From: Candidatus Uhrbacteria bacterium
GTDB taxonomy: Bacteria; Patescibacteriota; Patescibacteriia; UBA9934; UBA9568
Reading direction: 5' to 3'
DNA: 49,495 nt
Assembly (NCBI GenBank): GCA_003497135.1
Contig: DNKR01000049.1
Span: 2,516 to 52,010, forward strand
The notes beneath the pieces are model-generated. The model was not told where the DNA came from and did no database searches. It worked only from the letters and a program-made list of their open reading frames with translations. Every line of letters starts with the position of its first letter. The stretch's first letter is position 1. Positions 1 through 11,685 of this stretch are shown one piece after another. The position numbers and the translations under genes were made by a program.

Positions 1-12
1 CGCACAGCTGTG

Positions 13-45
13 CGTCCCTACCACGGGGGTTCGAAATGACGAATA
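13..45. repeat. Intergenic repeat element, copy A (CGTCCCTACCA + GGGGGTTCGAAATGACGAATA), preceded by the perfect palindrome CGCACAGCTGTGCG at 1-14
   Basis: The 11-nt block (13-23) and the 21-nt block (25-45) are identical to 5146-5156 and 5166-5186. It lies upstream of atpE. The element may continue beyond the window edge. Confidence 0.8.
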
Positions 46-50
46 ATTTA

Positions 51-302
<252 letters not shown>

Positions 303-322
303 ACATGACGCTCGGCCATTGG

Positions 323-338
323 CCAAGAGCAATCTTGG
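323..338 (+). terminator. Small hairpin CCAAGA-gcaa-TCTTGG followed by TCTTTGGTT; possible attenuator or mRNA-stabilising stem between atpE and atpF
   Basis: 6-bp perfect stem, 4-nt loop and a T-rich tail, read directly. It is too weak to be a full terminator inside an operon. Confidence 0.3.
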
Positions 339-362
339 TCTTTGGTTGAATGTTATGAATAT

Positions 363-920
363 ATGAGCACAGAAATAGAAACAATACAAAAAACAGCGCA
401 AGCTGCTTCCGAGGCAGTAGAGGCAACCGGCGGAATTGGTTCGCTTGGAATTAATCTTAAGATTTTTATTGCACAAGCAATAAATTTTTTAATTGTTGTT
501 TTGGTTCTTTGGCGATGGGTTTATAAACCATTGGTTGCGATTTTAGAAAAAAGGCAGGCGCACATTGAAAAGAGCTTAAAAGAAGCGAAAGAAATAGAAG
601 AAAGATTGGCGCTGGTAGAAAAAGAGAGGTCGCTTGTTGTTGCCCAAGCAAGAAAGCAGTCAGCTGATTTGCTTGCAAAAGCCGAAGAACAATCAAAAGA
701 ACAAGCGCAAAAAATGGCATTGTCCGCTAAAGAAGAGGTTCAAAAGATTTTAAACAATGCAAAAATCGCTCTTGTTGCAGAAAAGCAAGCCATGATACAT
801 GACGCAAAAAGCGAACTTGCAAAAATCGCTGTTCTTGCAGCTGAAAAAATTCTTTCAGAAAATATAGACAAGAAAAAGAACGAATTAATCGCTGAAAAGG
901 CAATAAAAGATCTTGTTTAA
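363..920 (+). CDS. atpF: F0 ATP synthase subunit b
   Basis: One N-terminal TM helix (FIAQAINFLIVVLVLW) followed by a long charged coiled coil. Position is between c and delta. ATG at 363 is preferred over the TTG at 342 used by the ORF track. Confidence 0.88.
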   Translation: MSTEIETIQKTAQAASEAVEATGGIGSLGINLKIFIAQAINFLIVVLVLWRWVYKPLVAILEKRQAHIEKSLKEAKEIEERLALVEKERSLVVAQARKQSADLLAKAEEQSKEQAQKMALSAKEEVQKILNNAKIALVAEKQAMIHDAKSELAKIAVLAAEKILSENIDKKKNELIAEKAIKDLV

Positions 921-921
921 T

Positions 922-1302
922 ATGAAATTAAAAACAAAACAAACAGCCCGTCTGCTGTATGAGCTTACAAATAATAAAACTGAAAACGAGATCGACAATG
1001 CAATGCAGGCCTTTGTTGAATATCTGGCAAGCGAGCAAATGCTTTCTTCTTGGGGTGAAATAATTCTCATGTTTGATGAGATGTGGAAAAAGGAACACGG
1101 AGCCGCTGTAATCGAAGTTATGAGTTCTGAACCGCTTTCGCAAAAACTTGCAAAACAAATACAGTCAATTGCCCCAAGCGCGACTTTGTATCAGAAAGTA
1201 GATAAATCATTGATAGGCGGGGTCAGCATAAGAATAGATGATCGCATTTATGACGGCACTGCAAGATCGCAACTTAATTTATTGCAAGAATCAATGTCAT
1301 AA
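922..1302 (+). CDS. atpH: F1 ATP synthase subunit delta (OSCP), unusually short (~126 aa)
   Basis: C-terminal OSCP-like signature VDKSLIGGVSIRIDDRIYDGTARSQL. Position is between b and alpha. ATG at 922 follows the atpF stop. Confidence 0.8.
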   Translation: MKLKTKQTARLLYELTNNKTENEIDNAMQAFVEYLASEQMLSSWGEIILMFDEMWKKEHGAAVIEVMSSEPLSQKLAKQIQSIAPSATLYQKVDKSLIGGVSIRIDDRIYDGTARSQLNLLQESMS

Positions 1303-1314
1303 ACAAATCATTAT

Positions 1315-2835
1315 ATGACCACAAGAGAAAACATTCTTGAATCGCTTAAAAAACATGTTGAGTCGTTCAAGGTAAAGTCAAAAGAGGAGCATGTTGGAAA
1401 GATTTTGAGCATTGGAGACGGCATTGCGCATATTTCAGGGCTTTCAAATGTCGGATCATCAGAAATGCTTGAGTTTCCCGGCGGAACATTTGGCGTCGCT
1501 TTAAACCTTGAAGAAGAATCCGTCGGAGCGATTTTGCTGGGCGAATACAGTCACATTAAAGAAGGCGATACTGTTAAAGCAACGGGTCGCGTTCTTTCTA
1601 TCCCTGTTTCAGACGAAATGGTAGGAAGAGTTATTAATCCGCTTGGCGAGCCAATTGACGGCAAGGGCGCTATAAAAAGCAAACAGTTTGAAGCAATAGA
1701 AAAAATCGCTCCTGGCGTAATGGCCAGAAAAAGCGTTGACTCGCCCCTTGAAACCGGAATAAAAGCAATTGATTCAATGATTCCAATCGGCCGAGGACAA
1801 CGCGAACTTATTATTGGCGACAGGCAAACAGGAAAAACCGCTATAGCGATTGACACTATTATCAATCAAAAAGGGCAGGGTGTTAAATGCATTTATGTTG
1901 CGATTGGACAAAAAGAAAGCAAAATCGCAAAAATCATTGCAAAATTTGAAGAAGCCGGAGCAATGGAATATACAACAGTTGTTTTGTCCGGATCATCTGA
2001 TCCTGCTGCGTATTCGTATATTGCGCCGTATTCAGGTTGCGCGCTTGGCGAATATTTTATGAACAAAGGCGAAGATGTGCTTATTGTCTACGACGATCTG
2101 TCAAAGCATGCGTGGGCTTATCGCGAAATTTCGCTTTTGCTTCGCAGACCTCCGGGCCGCGAAGCATATCCTGGCGATGTGTTTTATTTGCACTCGCGTC
2201 TTTTGGAACGCGCAGCTCGTCTAAGCAAGGAACATGGCGGAGGATCGCTTACAGCACTGCCAATTATAGAAACGCAAGCAGGGGATGTTTCTGCTTATAT
2301 TCCAACAAATGTTATTTCAATTACAGACGGACAAATTTATCTTGAATCAGATCTGTTTTATCGCGGTATCAGGCCAGCGCTTAATGTCGGCTTGTCTGTT
2401 TCTCGCGTTGGTTCATCGGCGCAAACAAAAGCAATGAAGAAAGTCGCAAAAACATTAAAGATTGATTTGGCGCAGTTTAGAGAGTTGGAAGCGTTCGCCC
2501 AATTCGCGACTGATCTTGACGAGACAACAAGAAAGCAAATAGCCAGAGGACAAAGGGCTGTTGAAATTTTAAAGCAAAAACAGTATGAACCAATGCCTTT
2601 TTATGAGCAGGTTCTTGTAATTTTTGCGCTTAATAACGGTTATTTGGATGCGATTGATATAAAAGAAATAAAGCGCTGGGAAAATGAATTCGTTTCATTC
2701 GTAAGATCATCACATCCAAAATTGCTTGAAAGCGTTAAATCAGAAAAAGACATTTCAGAGCAAACTGAAAAAGACCTTAAAAAAGCTCTTGAGGAATTTT
2801 TAAGCATATTTGAAACAGCGGAAAAGAAACAATAA
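1315..2835 (+). CDS. atpA: F1 ATP synthase subunit alpha
   Basis: 506 aa with Walker A GDRQTGKT and the alpha-type motifs [21 protein letters not shown] and ITDGQIYL. Confidence 0.97.
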   Translation: MTTRENILESLKKHVESFKVKSKEEHVGKILSIGDGIAHISGLSNVGSSEMLEFPGGTFGVALNLEEESVGAILLGEYSHIKEGDTVKATGRVLSIPVSDEMVGRVINPLGEPIDGKGAIKSKQFEAIEKIAPGVMARKSVDSPLETGIKAIDSMIPIGRGQRELIIGDRQTGKTAIAIDTIINQKGQGVKCIYVAIGQKESKIAKIIAKFEEAGAMEYTTVVLSGSSDPAAYSYIAPYSGCALGEYFMNKGEDVLIVYDDLSKHAWAYREISLLLRRPPGREAYPGDVFYLHSRLLERAARLSKEHGGGSLTALPIIETQAGDVSAYIPTNVISITDGQIYLESDLFYRGIRPALNVGLSVSRVGSSAQTKAMKKVAKTLKIDLAQFRELEAFAQFATDLDETTRKQIARGQRAVEILKQKQYEPMPFYEQVLVIFALNNGYLDAIDIKEIKRWENEFVSFVRSSHPKLLESVKSEKDISEQTEKDLKKALEEFLSIFETAEKKQ

Positions 2836-2841
2836 TCGCAT

Positions 2842-5129
<2,288 letters not shown>

Positions 5130-5138
5130 AACCATTCT

Positions 5139-5203
5139 GTCATCTCGTCCCTACCAACCATGGTTGGGGGTTCGAAATGACGAATACGGCTTCGAAATGA
5201 CGA
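5139..5203. repeat. Intergenic repeat element, copy B: a long imperfect stem-loop (5139-5181) plus a tandem second copy of TTCGAAATGACGA (5171-5183 and 5191-5203)
   Basis: It shares an 11-nt and a 21-nt identical block with copy A. It contains the palindrome CCAACCATGGTTGG (5154-5167). GTCATCTCG (5139-5147) can pair with CGAAATGAC at 5173-5181 or at 5193-5201. It ends 5 nt before the atpC ATG. Confidence 0.8.
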
Positions 5204-5207
5204 TTAT

Positions 5208-5642
5208 ATGAAACTAAGTTTACAAATAGTAACCCCTGAACGCATAGTCTACGAGGATGAGGTAGATCAGGTTAGTGTTACAACCGAAACTGGCGAGATT
5301 ACGGTTTTGCCGGGGCATATTCCGCTTGTTTCAGCATTAAGAGCAGGAGAAATCAGAACAAAAGATAACGGGAAAGAAACGCTTTTGGCTGTTTCAACCG
5401 GATTTATTGAAGTCAGACACGGGAACAAAATTGTTATTCTTGCGGATAGCGCAGAAAGAGCGGAAGAGCTTGATATAAAAGCAATAGAAGAAGCGCGTGC
5501 AAATGCAAAGCGCATGCTTTTAGAAAAGCGCGAGCTGGACGATGTTGGTTTTGCGGCTGCTGCCGCAGCAATGGAGCGCGAGCTTGCAAGGCACAGAGTC
5601 GCAATGAAGCACGCAAAAGCCAAAGGATACACCTCAAGTTAA
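5208..5642 (+). CDS. atpC: F1 ATP synthase subunit epsilon
   Basis: N-terminal beta-sandwich pattern (LQIVTPERIVYEDEVDQVSV.TETGEITVLPGHIPL) and a C-terminal helical hairpin. It is the last gene of the atp cluster. Confidence 0.92.
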   Translation: MKLSLQIVTPERIVYEDEVDQVSVTTETGEITVLPGHIPLVSALRAGEIRTKDNGKETLLAVSTGFIEVRHGNKIVILADSAERAEELDIKAIEEARANAKRMLLEKRELDDVGFAAAAAAMERELARHRVAMKHAKAKGYTSS

Positions 5643-5657
5643 AGCAAAAAACAATAC

Positions 5658-5682
5658 GCGGCCTAATCGGCCGCTTTTGGTT
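5658..5682 (+). terminator. Rho-independent terminator of the atp operon
   Basis: GCGGCC-taatc-GGCCGC stem followed by TTTTGGTTTT, starting 16 nt after the atpC stop. Confidence 0.8.
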
Positions 5683-5724
5683 TTGCTTTCAAGTTGTCAA
5701 TTTTTGGGTTACAATAACAGCGCT

Positions 5725-8655
5725 ATGGATAATGATTTACTGAACAATCTGAACGAAAATCAAAAAGAAGCTGTTTTGCACAAAAACGGCCCGCTTATGA
5801 TTCTTGCTGGAGCAGGTACGGGAAAAACAACTGTTATAACAAGAAGAATCGCATGGCTTATATCAAACGGCTTTGCTAAACCAGAAGAAATTCTTGCCCT
5901 AACATTTACAGAAAAAGCAGCAGAAGAAATGGAAGAGCGGGTAGATCAACTTCTTCCAATTGGGTACATAGATATTCAGATATCGACTTTCCACTCGTTT
6001 TGCGAAAAGATTTTGCGCGATTGCGGAGCGGAGATAGGTCTTGCTTCGGATTTTAAACTTATGACCGAGCTTGGGGCATGGCTGATCACAAGACAGAATT
6101 TTGATAAATTCAAACTTGATTATTATAAGCCGATGGGCAATCCGACCAAGTTCCTAAAAGGCCTGCTAAAACATATCTCGCGAGCAAAAGACGAAAATGT
6201 TTCGCCTGATGATTATATAAAATTCGCAGAATCAATTAAAGCCGACTCTGATTCAAATAATTCTGACGAGTCAGCCACAGAGGAGTCAAAACGCATTTGC
6301 GAATTGGCTGATTTTTATCACTCATATCAGCGTATATTGCAGGAAAATGATTCTGTTGATTTTGGAGATCTTATTATGTACGCGCTACTGCTATTTAAAA
6401 AGCGGCCTAGAGTTCTTGAACAATATAGAAATAAGTTCGAGTATATTTTGGTTGATGAGTTTCAAGACACAAACTGGGCTCAATATGAGCTGATTAAAAT
6501 GCTGGCAAGTCCAAAAAATAATTTAACCGTTGTAGGTGACGATGATCAGTCCATATATAAATTTCGCGGAGCATCGCTCTCCAACATTTTGTCTTTTGAA
6601 AATGATTATAAAGACGCAAAGCGCGTTATTTTAACTGATAATTACAGAACACTGCAAAATATTTTAGACAGAGCGTATGATTTTATACAACAAAATAATC
6701 CTAACCGTCTAGAAGTCAGGGTCAAGGGCAGCGGGATTTCAAAAAAACTTGTTTCGTCAAGGCAAGGAAATGGAATCGTTGAACATATTCACGCAAAAAC
6801 AATTGATGAAGAGGCGTCCTCTGTTATAAAAAGAATGCTTGAGCTGAAAAATAAAGATGTTTCATGGGGCGATTTTTGCATTCTTGCTCGCGCTAACGAT
6901 ACTGCAATGCCGTTTATTTCCGAGCTTGAAAAAAACGGGATACCGTTTCAGTTTTTGGCGCTAAAAGGCCTGTATTCAAAACCCGTTATCATAGACTCTT
7001 TTTCAGTTTTGCGAATTGCGGATAACCCGCACGACAGCCCGTCTTTTTATAGGATATTGTGCCACAACATGTATTCATTGCCGTCAAAAGACATCGCAAC
7101 AATACTTAATGAGGCCAATAAAAAAGCGCGTTCAATCTTTGAGGTACTAGAGATTGGACAGTATTCTCTTCCGATTGAAAAATCAACGCACGAAAAAATA
7201 ACAAAAATATTAAATGACATGCGAATTGTTTCAGAATTCGCAAAAACAAAAAAAGCGTCAGAAGCATTTGTTTTGGCAACAAAGCAATTCGGCATTGTGG
7301 ATTTCGTTGCGTCGCAAGAAGATAAAGAAATTTATGAGCAGTTCCGACACCTTCAACAATTTTATGAACGAATAAAAGATTTTGAATCCCGTGCATTAGA
7401 CGCCAGTTTACACAATTTTTTACAGGAATACGCAATAGAGCTTGCATCTGGCGAGGACGGATCTGTAAAATCTGACATAACGCAAGGGCCCGATACTGTA
7501 AAAATAATGACTGTTCACGGCTCAAAAGGACTTGAATTCAAATATGTATTCGTAGTGAGCTTGATTGATCAGCGTTTTCCAAGCGTTGCAAAAACAGATG
7601 CTATTCCTTTGCCTGAGTCGCTTATTAAAGAGTGCACACAAGAGGGGAATATGCACTTGGAAGAAGAACGACGTCTATTTTATGTCGCGCTTACACGCGC
7701 GCGCGACGGTGTCTTTTTGACTTCTGCAAGCGAATACGGAGGAGCAAGAAAAAGAAAGCTTTCAAGATTTTTAACAGAACTTGGATTCAAAAGCGCCCCA
7801 AATGAGCAGGATTCAGTCGGGATATTTGAAGAGGACGAAAGCGCAACAGAAATAAAGCAGGTGTTTGAATATTCTGTTCCAAAGCATTTTAGTTTTACAC
7901 AGCTTGCCGCTTATACAAAATGTCCGCTTCAATACAAGTTTGCGCACGTGTTCCATATTCCGGTTTTTGGAAAGTTTCAAATGTCATACGGAAAATCAGT
8001 CCACTCTGTTTTTGAAAAACTGTTCAAACTGATTCTTGAGCGATCAAGCGTAAAGCAAGGTGAATTATTTTCAGGCGTTAACAGCGCATCAAATGAGATA
8101 AAAATTACCGACAAAGAATTTGACGAGATTCTAAACAGCTCATGGATTGATGAATGGTATCCGGACAGAAAAGCAAGCGAATTGTATTTTGACAAATATA
8201 AAAAAACGCTAATAAAATATTACGAATCATTAAAAGAAAACAAACCAAATACAATCGCTGTAGAAGTTCCATTTACTGTAAAGATCGGCGCTTGCGTGAT
8301 TAAGGGCCAGATAGATAGAATAGACGCGGTTGAAGGCGGGGTTGAGATTATTGACTACAAAACTGGTTCACCAAAAACAATTGACGGACTTGCAAAAGAA
8401 GACAAAAGACAGCTGTTTCTGTATCAAATTGCCGCAAGCGAAATTCTTGGGCTTAAGCCGGTAAAGTTGACATATTTTTATACTGAAGATTCTACATGTG
8501 TTTCTTTCATCGGCAAAGATAAGGATATAGATGAACTAAAAGAAACAGTCAAAGAAACAATAGCGGAAATAAAAAAATGTAAGTTCAAGGCCACTCCCGG
8601 CTTCCAGTGTCAGTTTTGCGATTTTAAAGACATCTGCGATGAACGCCAGCTATGA
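5725..8655 (+). CDS. UvrD/PcrA-family superfamily-1 helicase fused to a C-terminal PD-(D/E)XK nuclease with a Cas4/AddB-like 4-Cys cluster
   Basis: Helicase motifs: Walker A AGAGTGKTT, LVDEFQDTN, VGDDDQSIYKFRGA, TVHGSKGLEF and YVALTRAR. C-terminal nuclease: YTKCPLQYKF, GQIDRID..EIIDYKTG, QLFLYQIA and CQFCDFKDIC (C-X2-C-X5-C). ATG at 5725 is chosen over the upstream alternative start. Confidence 0.88.
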   Translation: MDNDLLNNLNENQKEAVLHKNGPLMILAGAGTGKTTVITRRIAWLISNGFAKPEEILALTFTEKAAEEMEERVDQLLPIGYIDIQISTFHSFCEKILRDCGAEIGLASDFKLMTELGAWLITRQNFDKFKLDYYKPMGNPTKFLKGLLKHISRAKDENVSPDDYIKFAESIKADSDSNNSDESATEESKRICELADFYHSYQRILQENDSVDFGDLIMYALLLFKKRPRVLEQYRNKFEYILVDEFQDTNWAQYELIKMLASPKNNLTVVGDDDQSIYKFRGASLSNILSFENDYKDAKRVILTDNYRTLQNILDRAYDFIQQNNPNRLEVRVKGSGISKKLVSSRQGNGIVEHIHAKTIDEEASSVIKRMLELKNKDVSWGDFCILARANDTAMPFISELEKNGIPFQFLALKGLYSKPVIIDSFSVLRIADNPHDSPSFYRILCHNMYSLPSKDIATILNEANKKARSIFEVLEIGQYSLPIEKSTHEKITKILNDMRIVSEFAKTKKASEAFVLATKQFGIVDFVASQEDKEIYEQFRHLQQFYERIKDFESRALDASLHNFLQEYAIELASGEDGSVKSDITQGPDTVKIMTVHGSKGLEFKYVFVVSLIDQRFPSVAKTDAIPLPESLIKECTQEGNMHLEEERRLFYVALTRARDGVFLTSASEYGGARKRKLSRFLTELGFKSAPNEQDSVGIFEEDESATEIKQVFEYSVPKHFSFTQLAAYTKCPLQYKFAHVFHIPVFGKFQMSYGKSVHSVFEKLFKLILERSSVKQGELFSGVNSASNEIKITDKEFDEILNSSWIDEWYPDRKASELYFDKYKKTLIKYYESLKENKPNTIAVEVPFTVKIGACVIKGQIDRIDAVEGGVEIIDYKTGSPKTIDGLAKEDKRQLFLYQIAASEILGLKPVKLTYFYTEDSTCVSFIGKDKDIDELKETVKETIAEIKKCKFKATPGFQCQFCDFKDICDERQL

Positions 8656-8924
8656 CATTACAGCCAATAAAAAAATTCTTGCCGAAAAATAAAATGCTTG
8701 AAGCGTCAAAGATTGTCTATGACGCGTCGAGTTCAATAAAAAAACTCGGGCTTGACGATGTGGCAGAAGCGCATTCTTTTAAAAACAGCGTGCTTGTGAT
8801 AAAATGCAAAAATTCAACGGCGGCATGGGCTGTTCTTAGGGTAAAAAAAGAAATAATCAAAGCACTGCCCCCGAATTCATCAATCAGAACCTGTTTATGG
8901 AGTTCAAACAATTCCTGCTTGTAA
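8652..8924 (+). CDS. Small DUF721-like (DciA-like?) protein, translationally coupled to the helicase-nuclease
   Basis: ATGA overlap with the helicase stop. The pattern AEAHSFKNSVLVIKCKNSTAAWAVLRVKKEIIKAL resembles the DUF721 core from memory. This was not verified by a search. Confidence 0.45.
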   Translation: MTLQPIKKFLPKNKMLEASKIVYDASSSIKKLGLDDVAEAHSFKNSVLVIKCKNSTAAWAVLRVKKEIIKALPPNSSIRTCLWSSNNSCL

Positions 8925-9280
8925 TGTTAATTGCGCTGGTTCTAAGCGGCGCTTCATTGGTACTGATTATTTTTGGAATTAATCCTTCAGAATCAGGGCT
9001 GAACGGAATTATTCTTTTTTATCTTGCGCTTTTTGTTTTTTTAACTTGCGTGTTTACCACATTCGGTTCAGCATTCCGCGTTGCAGTAAAAAAGCCGCAG
9101 GTTATCGCCTACGAGGTCAAGCACGCTCTGCGGCAAGCAATTTTGTTTACACTGCTTATTGTTCTTTCGCTGTTTCTGCTTTCAATCCAGTTGTTCACTT
9201 GGTGGATAATGGCCTTGCTTATAGCGCTAATTGCACTTGCAGAGCTTTTTTACATAATGCGAATTGAACACAAAAAGTAA
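8897..9280 (+). CDS. Small integral membrane protein (about 4 TM helices), function unknown
   Basis: Hydrophobic segments run throughout. The start is ambiguous: ATG 8897, or ATG 8924 overlapping the preceding TAA. Confidence 0.55.
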   Translation: MEFKQFLLVMLIALVLSGASLVLIIFGINPSESGLNGIILFYLALFVFLTCVFTTFGSAFRVAVKKPQVIAYEVKHALRQAILFTLLIVLSLFLLSIQLFTWWIMALLIALIALAELFYIMRIEHKK

Positions 9281-9292
9281 TCAATGGGCTTG

Positions 9293-9321
9293 TTGCATTT
9301 TGAGCTGTTTTTGTGTATCAT
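9293..9321 (+). promoter_or_regulatory. Sigma70-like promoter for mreB (TTGCAT-17 nt-TATCAT)
   Basis: Hexamers are at 9293-9298 and 9316-9321 with a 17-nt spacer. The 18-nt leader contains GGAG. Confidence 0.45.
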
Positions 9322-9339
9322 TTTGGAGAAACAAACAGT

Positions 9340-10389
9340 ATGCTAAACAGTATTTTAGGTAGGTTTTCTAAGGATTTAGGCATTGATCTTGGCACTGCCA
9401 ATACTCTTGTTTATTCCAAAGAAAAGGGAATTATAATCAACGAGCCGTCAATCGTGGCTCTTAATACAAGGACGAATCAAATTATTGCCGTTGGCCGAAA
9501 CGCCAAAGACATGCTTGGCAAAACGCCTCCGCACATAGAGACAACCCGCCCTCTTTCAAAAGGCATTATTTCAGATTTTGAAGTTACGGAAAAAATGCTT
9601 AAATTTTTTATTGACAAAGCGCACGAGGATTCATTTACGATATTACCAAGACCAAGAGTCATAATCGGAATCCCAATGGGAATTACCGAGGTGGAAAGAA
9701 AGGCTGTGGAAGACGCGGTAATTTCCGCAGGGGCAAGGAGCGTTTCTCTTGTGCACGAACCAATGGCCGCTGCAATTGGCGCTCGCCTGCCTGTTACTGA
9801 TTCTGTCGGCAGCATGATTGTTGATATCGGCGGCGGCACAACAGAAATAGCTGTGCTTTCGCTTTCAGGAATTGTCACATGGAAATCACTGGATATCGCC
9901 GGAGATGAATTAACAAAAAATGTCATACAGTTCGCGCGAGACAAATATAATCTTTTGCTTGGAGAACGAGTTGCTGAAATGATTAAAATCAAAGCCGCTT
10001 CTGCAATAGAAATGGACGATAACATTGAACTGGAAATGCGCGGACGCGATCTGATTACCGGTTTGCCAAAAGAAATAATTGTGTCTGATTCAGAAATCAG
10101 AATCGCTATTTCAAGATCAATCAGCTCAATTATTCAGGCTATCAAAGCCACCCTAGAAATGACACCGCCGGAACTTGCAGCTGACATTTATGAGCGCGGA
10201 CTTGTGCTTTCAGGAGGCGGAGCTCTTTTGCGCGGAATAGACAAAGCAATTTCGCAGGAAACAGAAGTTCCTGTAAGAGTAGCTGATGACCCGCTTACAT
10301 GCGTTGTGCGAGGCGCTGGCGCCCTGCTTGATGTGCCAGCTCTGCTTGAAGATGTTTCATTGCCTCCTACAAGCGAACAGGAACTGTAA
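9340..10389 (+). CDS. mreB: Rod-shape determining actin homolog MreB
   Basis: DLGIDLGTANTLVY, VAVGRNAKDMLGKTP and MIVDIGGGTTEIAV are actin-fold phosphate motifs. Confidence 0.96.
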   Translation: MLNSILGRFSKDLGIDLGTANTLVYSKEKGIIINEPSIVALNTRTNQIIAVGRNAKDMLGKTPPHIETTRPLSKGIISDFEVTEKMLKFFIDKAHEDSFTILPRPRVIIGIPMGITEVERKAVEDAVISAGARSVSLVHEPMAAAIGARLPVTDSVGSMIVDIGGGTTEIAVLSLSGIVTWKSLDIAGDELTKNVIQFARDKYNLLLGERVAEMIKIKAASAIEMDDNIELEMRGRDLITGLPKEIIVSDSEIRIAISRSISSIIQAIKATLEMTPPELAADIYERGLVLSGGGALLRGIDKAISQETEVPVRVADDPLTCVVRGAGALLDVPALLEDVSLPPTSEQEL

Positions 10390-10393
10390 TCTT

Positions 10394-11203
10394 ATGCGAT
10401 ACGGTTCACAGCCATATTCGCGCAAACGAAAAATATATGTAATTTTTGCTTTGGCCGTAATTGCTGTTTTTTCGCTTTTAAAAATCAATCTTATTAATAA
10501 GGCTGCCCATTCCATTGGATCAGTTTTTTCTAAAACAGGTTCATCAACAGGCAAAAGTTTATTGTCTTTCGCATGCGGAAGAGATTTGGTTTTTGAAAAC
10601 GATCATTTGCGCAATTTGCTTAAGGAGAGTGCGATAGAAAAGGAAAACTACTATACTTTGCAAAATGAATATTCAAGCATTGTTTCGCAGTGTAAATTTT
10701 TATCAAAGAGCTCAATAAACGGAGTAACTTCAAGCATATACTCGCGTTCATCTCAAGCTGACCTTTCCAATACGGTATTCGCAGAAGCAGGAATCCAGCA
10801 AGGGATCACAACAGATCATGTGGCAATAATTGACGACGGTATCGTTGCTGGAAAAGTTGACGCTGTTGCTGACTTTGGCTCGCGCATAAATCTGCTTACG
10901 CATAAAGAAACTAAATTTGCCGCAACAATTATTTCATCAAACAAAACACTTGGCATTGTTGAAGGAAACGGAACACCTCTTTTACATATGAGATTTATTC
11001 CTGAAAACGCCCCAATTAGCGTAAACGATCTTGTAATAACAAGCGGACTTGAAGAAAATGTGCCATACGGCCTTGTTATTGGCGTGGTGAACTCAATCAA
11101 TTCTGATCCGGAAAAACCATTCAAAGAAGCCACAATTGAGCCGCTCTCGGACATGAGATACGAGACAATTGTAACGCTAATACTAAACAAACAGGGAATA
11201 TGA
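10394..11203 (+). CDS. mreC: Rod-shape protein MreC
   Basis: N-terminal TM, a coiled-coil segment (ENDHLRNLLKE), and a C-terminal beta domain with VITSGLEENVPYGLVIGVV. It lies directly after mreB. ATG at 10394 avoids the overlap with mreB. Confidence 0.85.
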   Translation: MRYGSQPYSRKRKIYVIFALAVIAVFSLLKINLINKAAHSIGSVFSKTGSSTGKSLLSFACGRDLVFENDHLRNLLKESAIEKENYYTLQNEYSSIVSQCKFLSKSSINGVTSSIYSRSSQADLSNTVFAEAGIQQGITTDHVAIIDDGIVAGKVDAVADFGSRINLLTHKETKFAATIISSNKTLGIVEGNGTPLLHMRFIPENAPISVNDLVITSGLEENVPYGLVIGVVNSINSDPEKPFKEATIEPLSDMRYETIVTLILNKQGI

Positions 11204-11685
11204 TTAAACTTATATTCATATCTTGTTTTTTCGCTATTTTGTTTATAGTTGAACAAAGTTTTTTTCCTCAAACACATACGATTTTAAGCGGAATGCCGCT
11301 AATGTCAGTTTTTGGAACATTTGCGTTCTTTGTAATTTCTCGTAAATTTGGAATTCTTTGGCTGCTTGCTTACGCATTGGCCTATGATTCATACAAAATT
11401 CAATTCTTGCCAATAGCATTTGTTTTGTACTGCATCTATTGCGGTATTATTTATTTTCTATCTGTAAAGTTTTTTACAAGCAAAAATTTTTATTCAACAA
11501 TAAGTTTTGCCGCAATAGCAGGAGTTTTTAACGGCTTTGCTGGCATGCTTATGGAACGCCAGTTTAATGTTAAATTTTTTGCCATTCAATTTGCAGTTTT
11601 TACGCTTTTATTTTTCGCATTATCAGTATTCAGCAAAACGCTCAGCGGTTTTATATTTAAAAGATTCAGATATGGAATTTCGTAA
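11200..11685 (+). CDS. mreD: MreD-like polytopic membrane protein
   Basis: ATGA overlap with mreC, about 5 TM helices, and the conserved mreBCD position. There is no diagnostic motif. Confidence 0.55.
   Translation: MIKLIFISCFFAILFIVEQSFFPQTHTILSGMPLMSVFGTFAFFVISRKFGILWLLAYALAYDSYKIQFLPIAFVLYCIYCGIIYFLSVKFFTSKNFYSTISFAAIAGVFNGFAGMLMERQFNVKFFAIQFAVFTLLFFALSVFSKTLSGFIFKRFRYGIS

Noticed and set aside
25-45. GGGGGTTCGAAAT resembles a tRNA T-arm (GGTTCGAA). The same motif occurs at 5166-5186.
   Set aside because: The bases flanking the TTCGAAA loop are not complementary, so there is no T-stem. No acceptor, D or anticodon arms can be drawn on either strand. I treat it as part of the repeat element.
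10286-10393. N-terminal extensions proposed by the ORF track for mreC. The same applies to 11537-11671, 18532-18642, 35526-35582, 35048-35083, 43287-43331 and 48111-48173.
   Set aside because: The extensions overlap the preceding gene and translate to non-conserved sequence. Internal ATGs placed at or just after the upstream stop codon give canonical N-termini.
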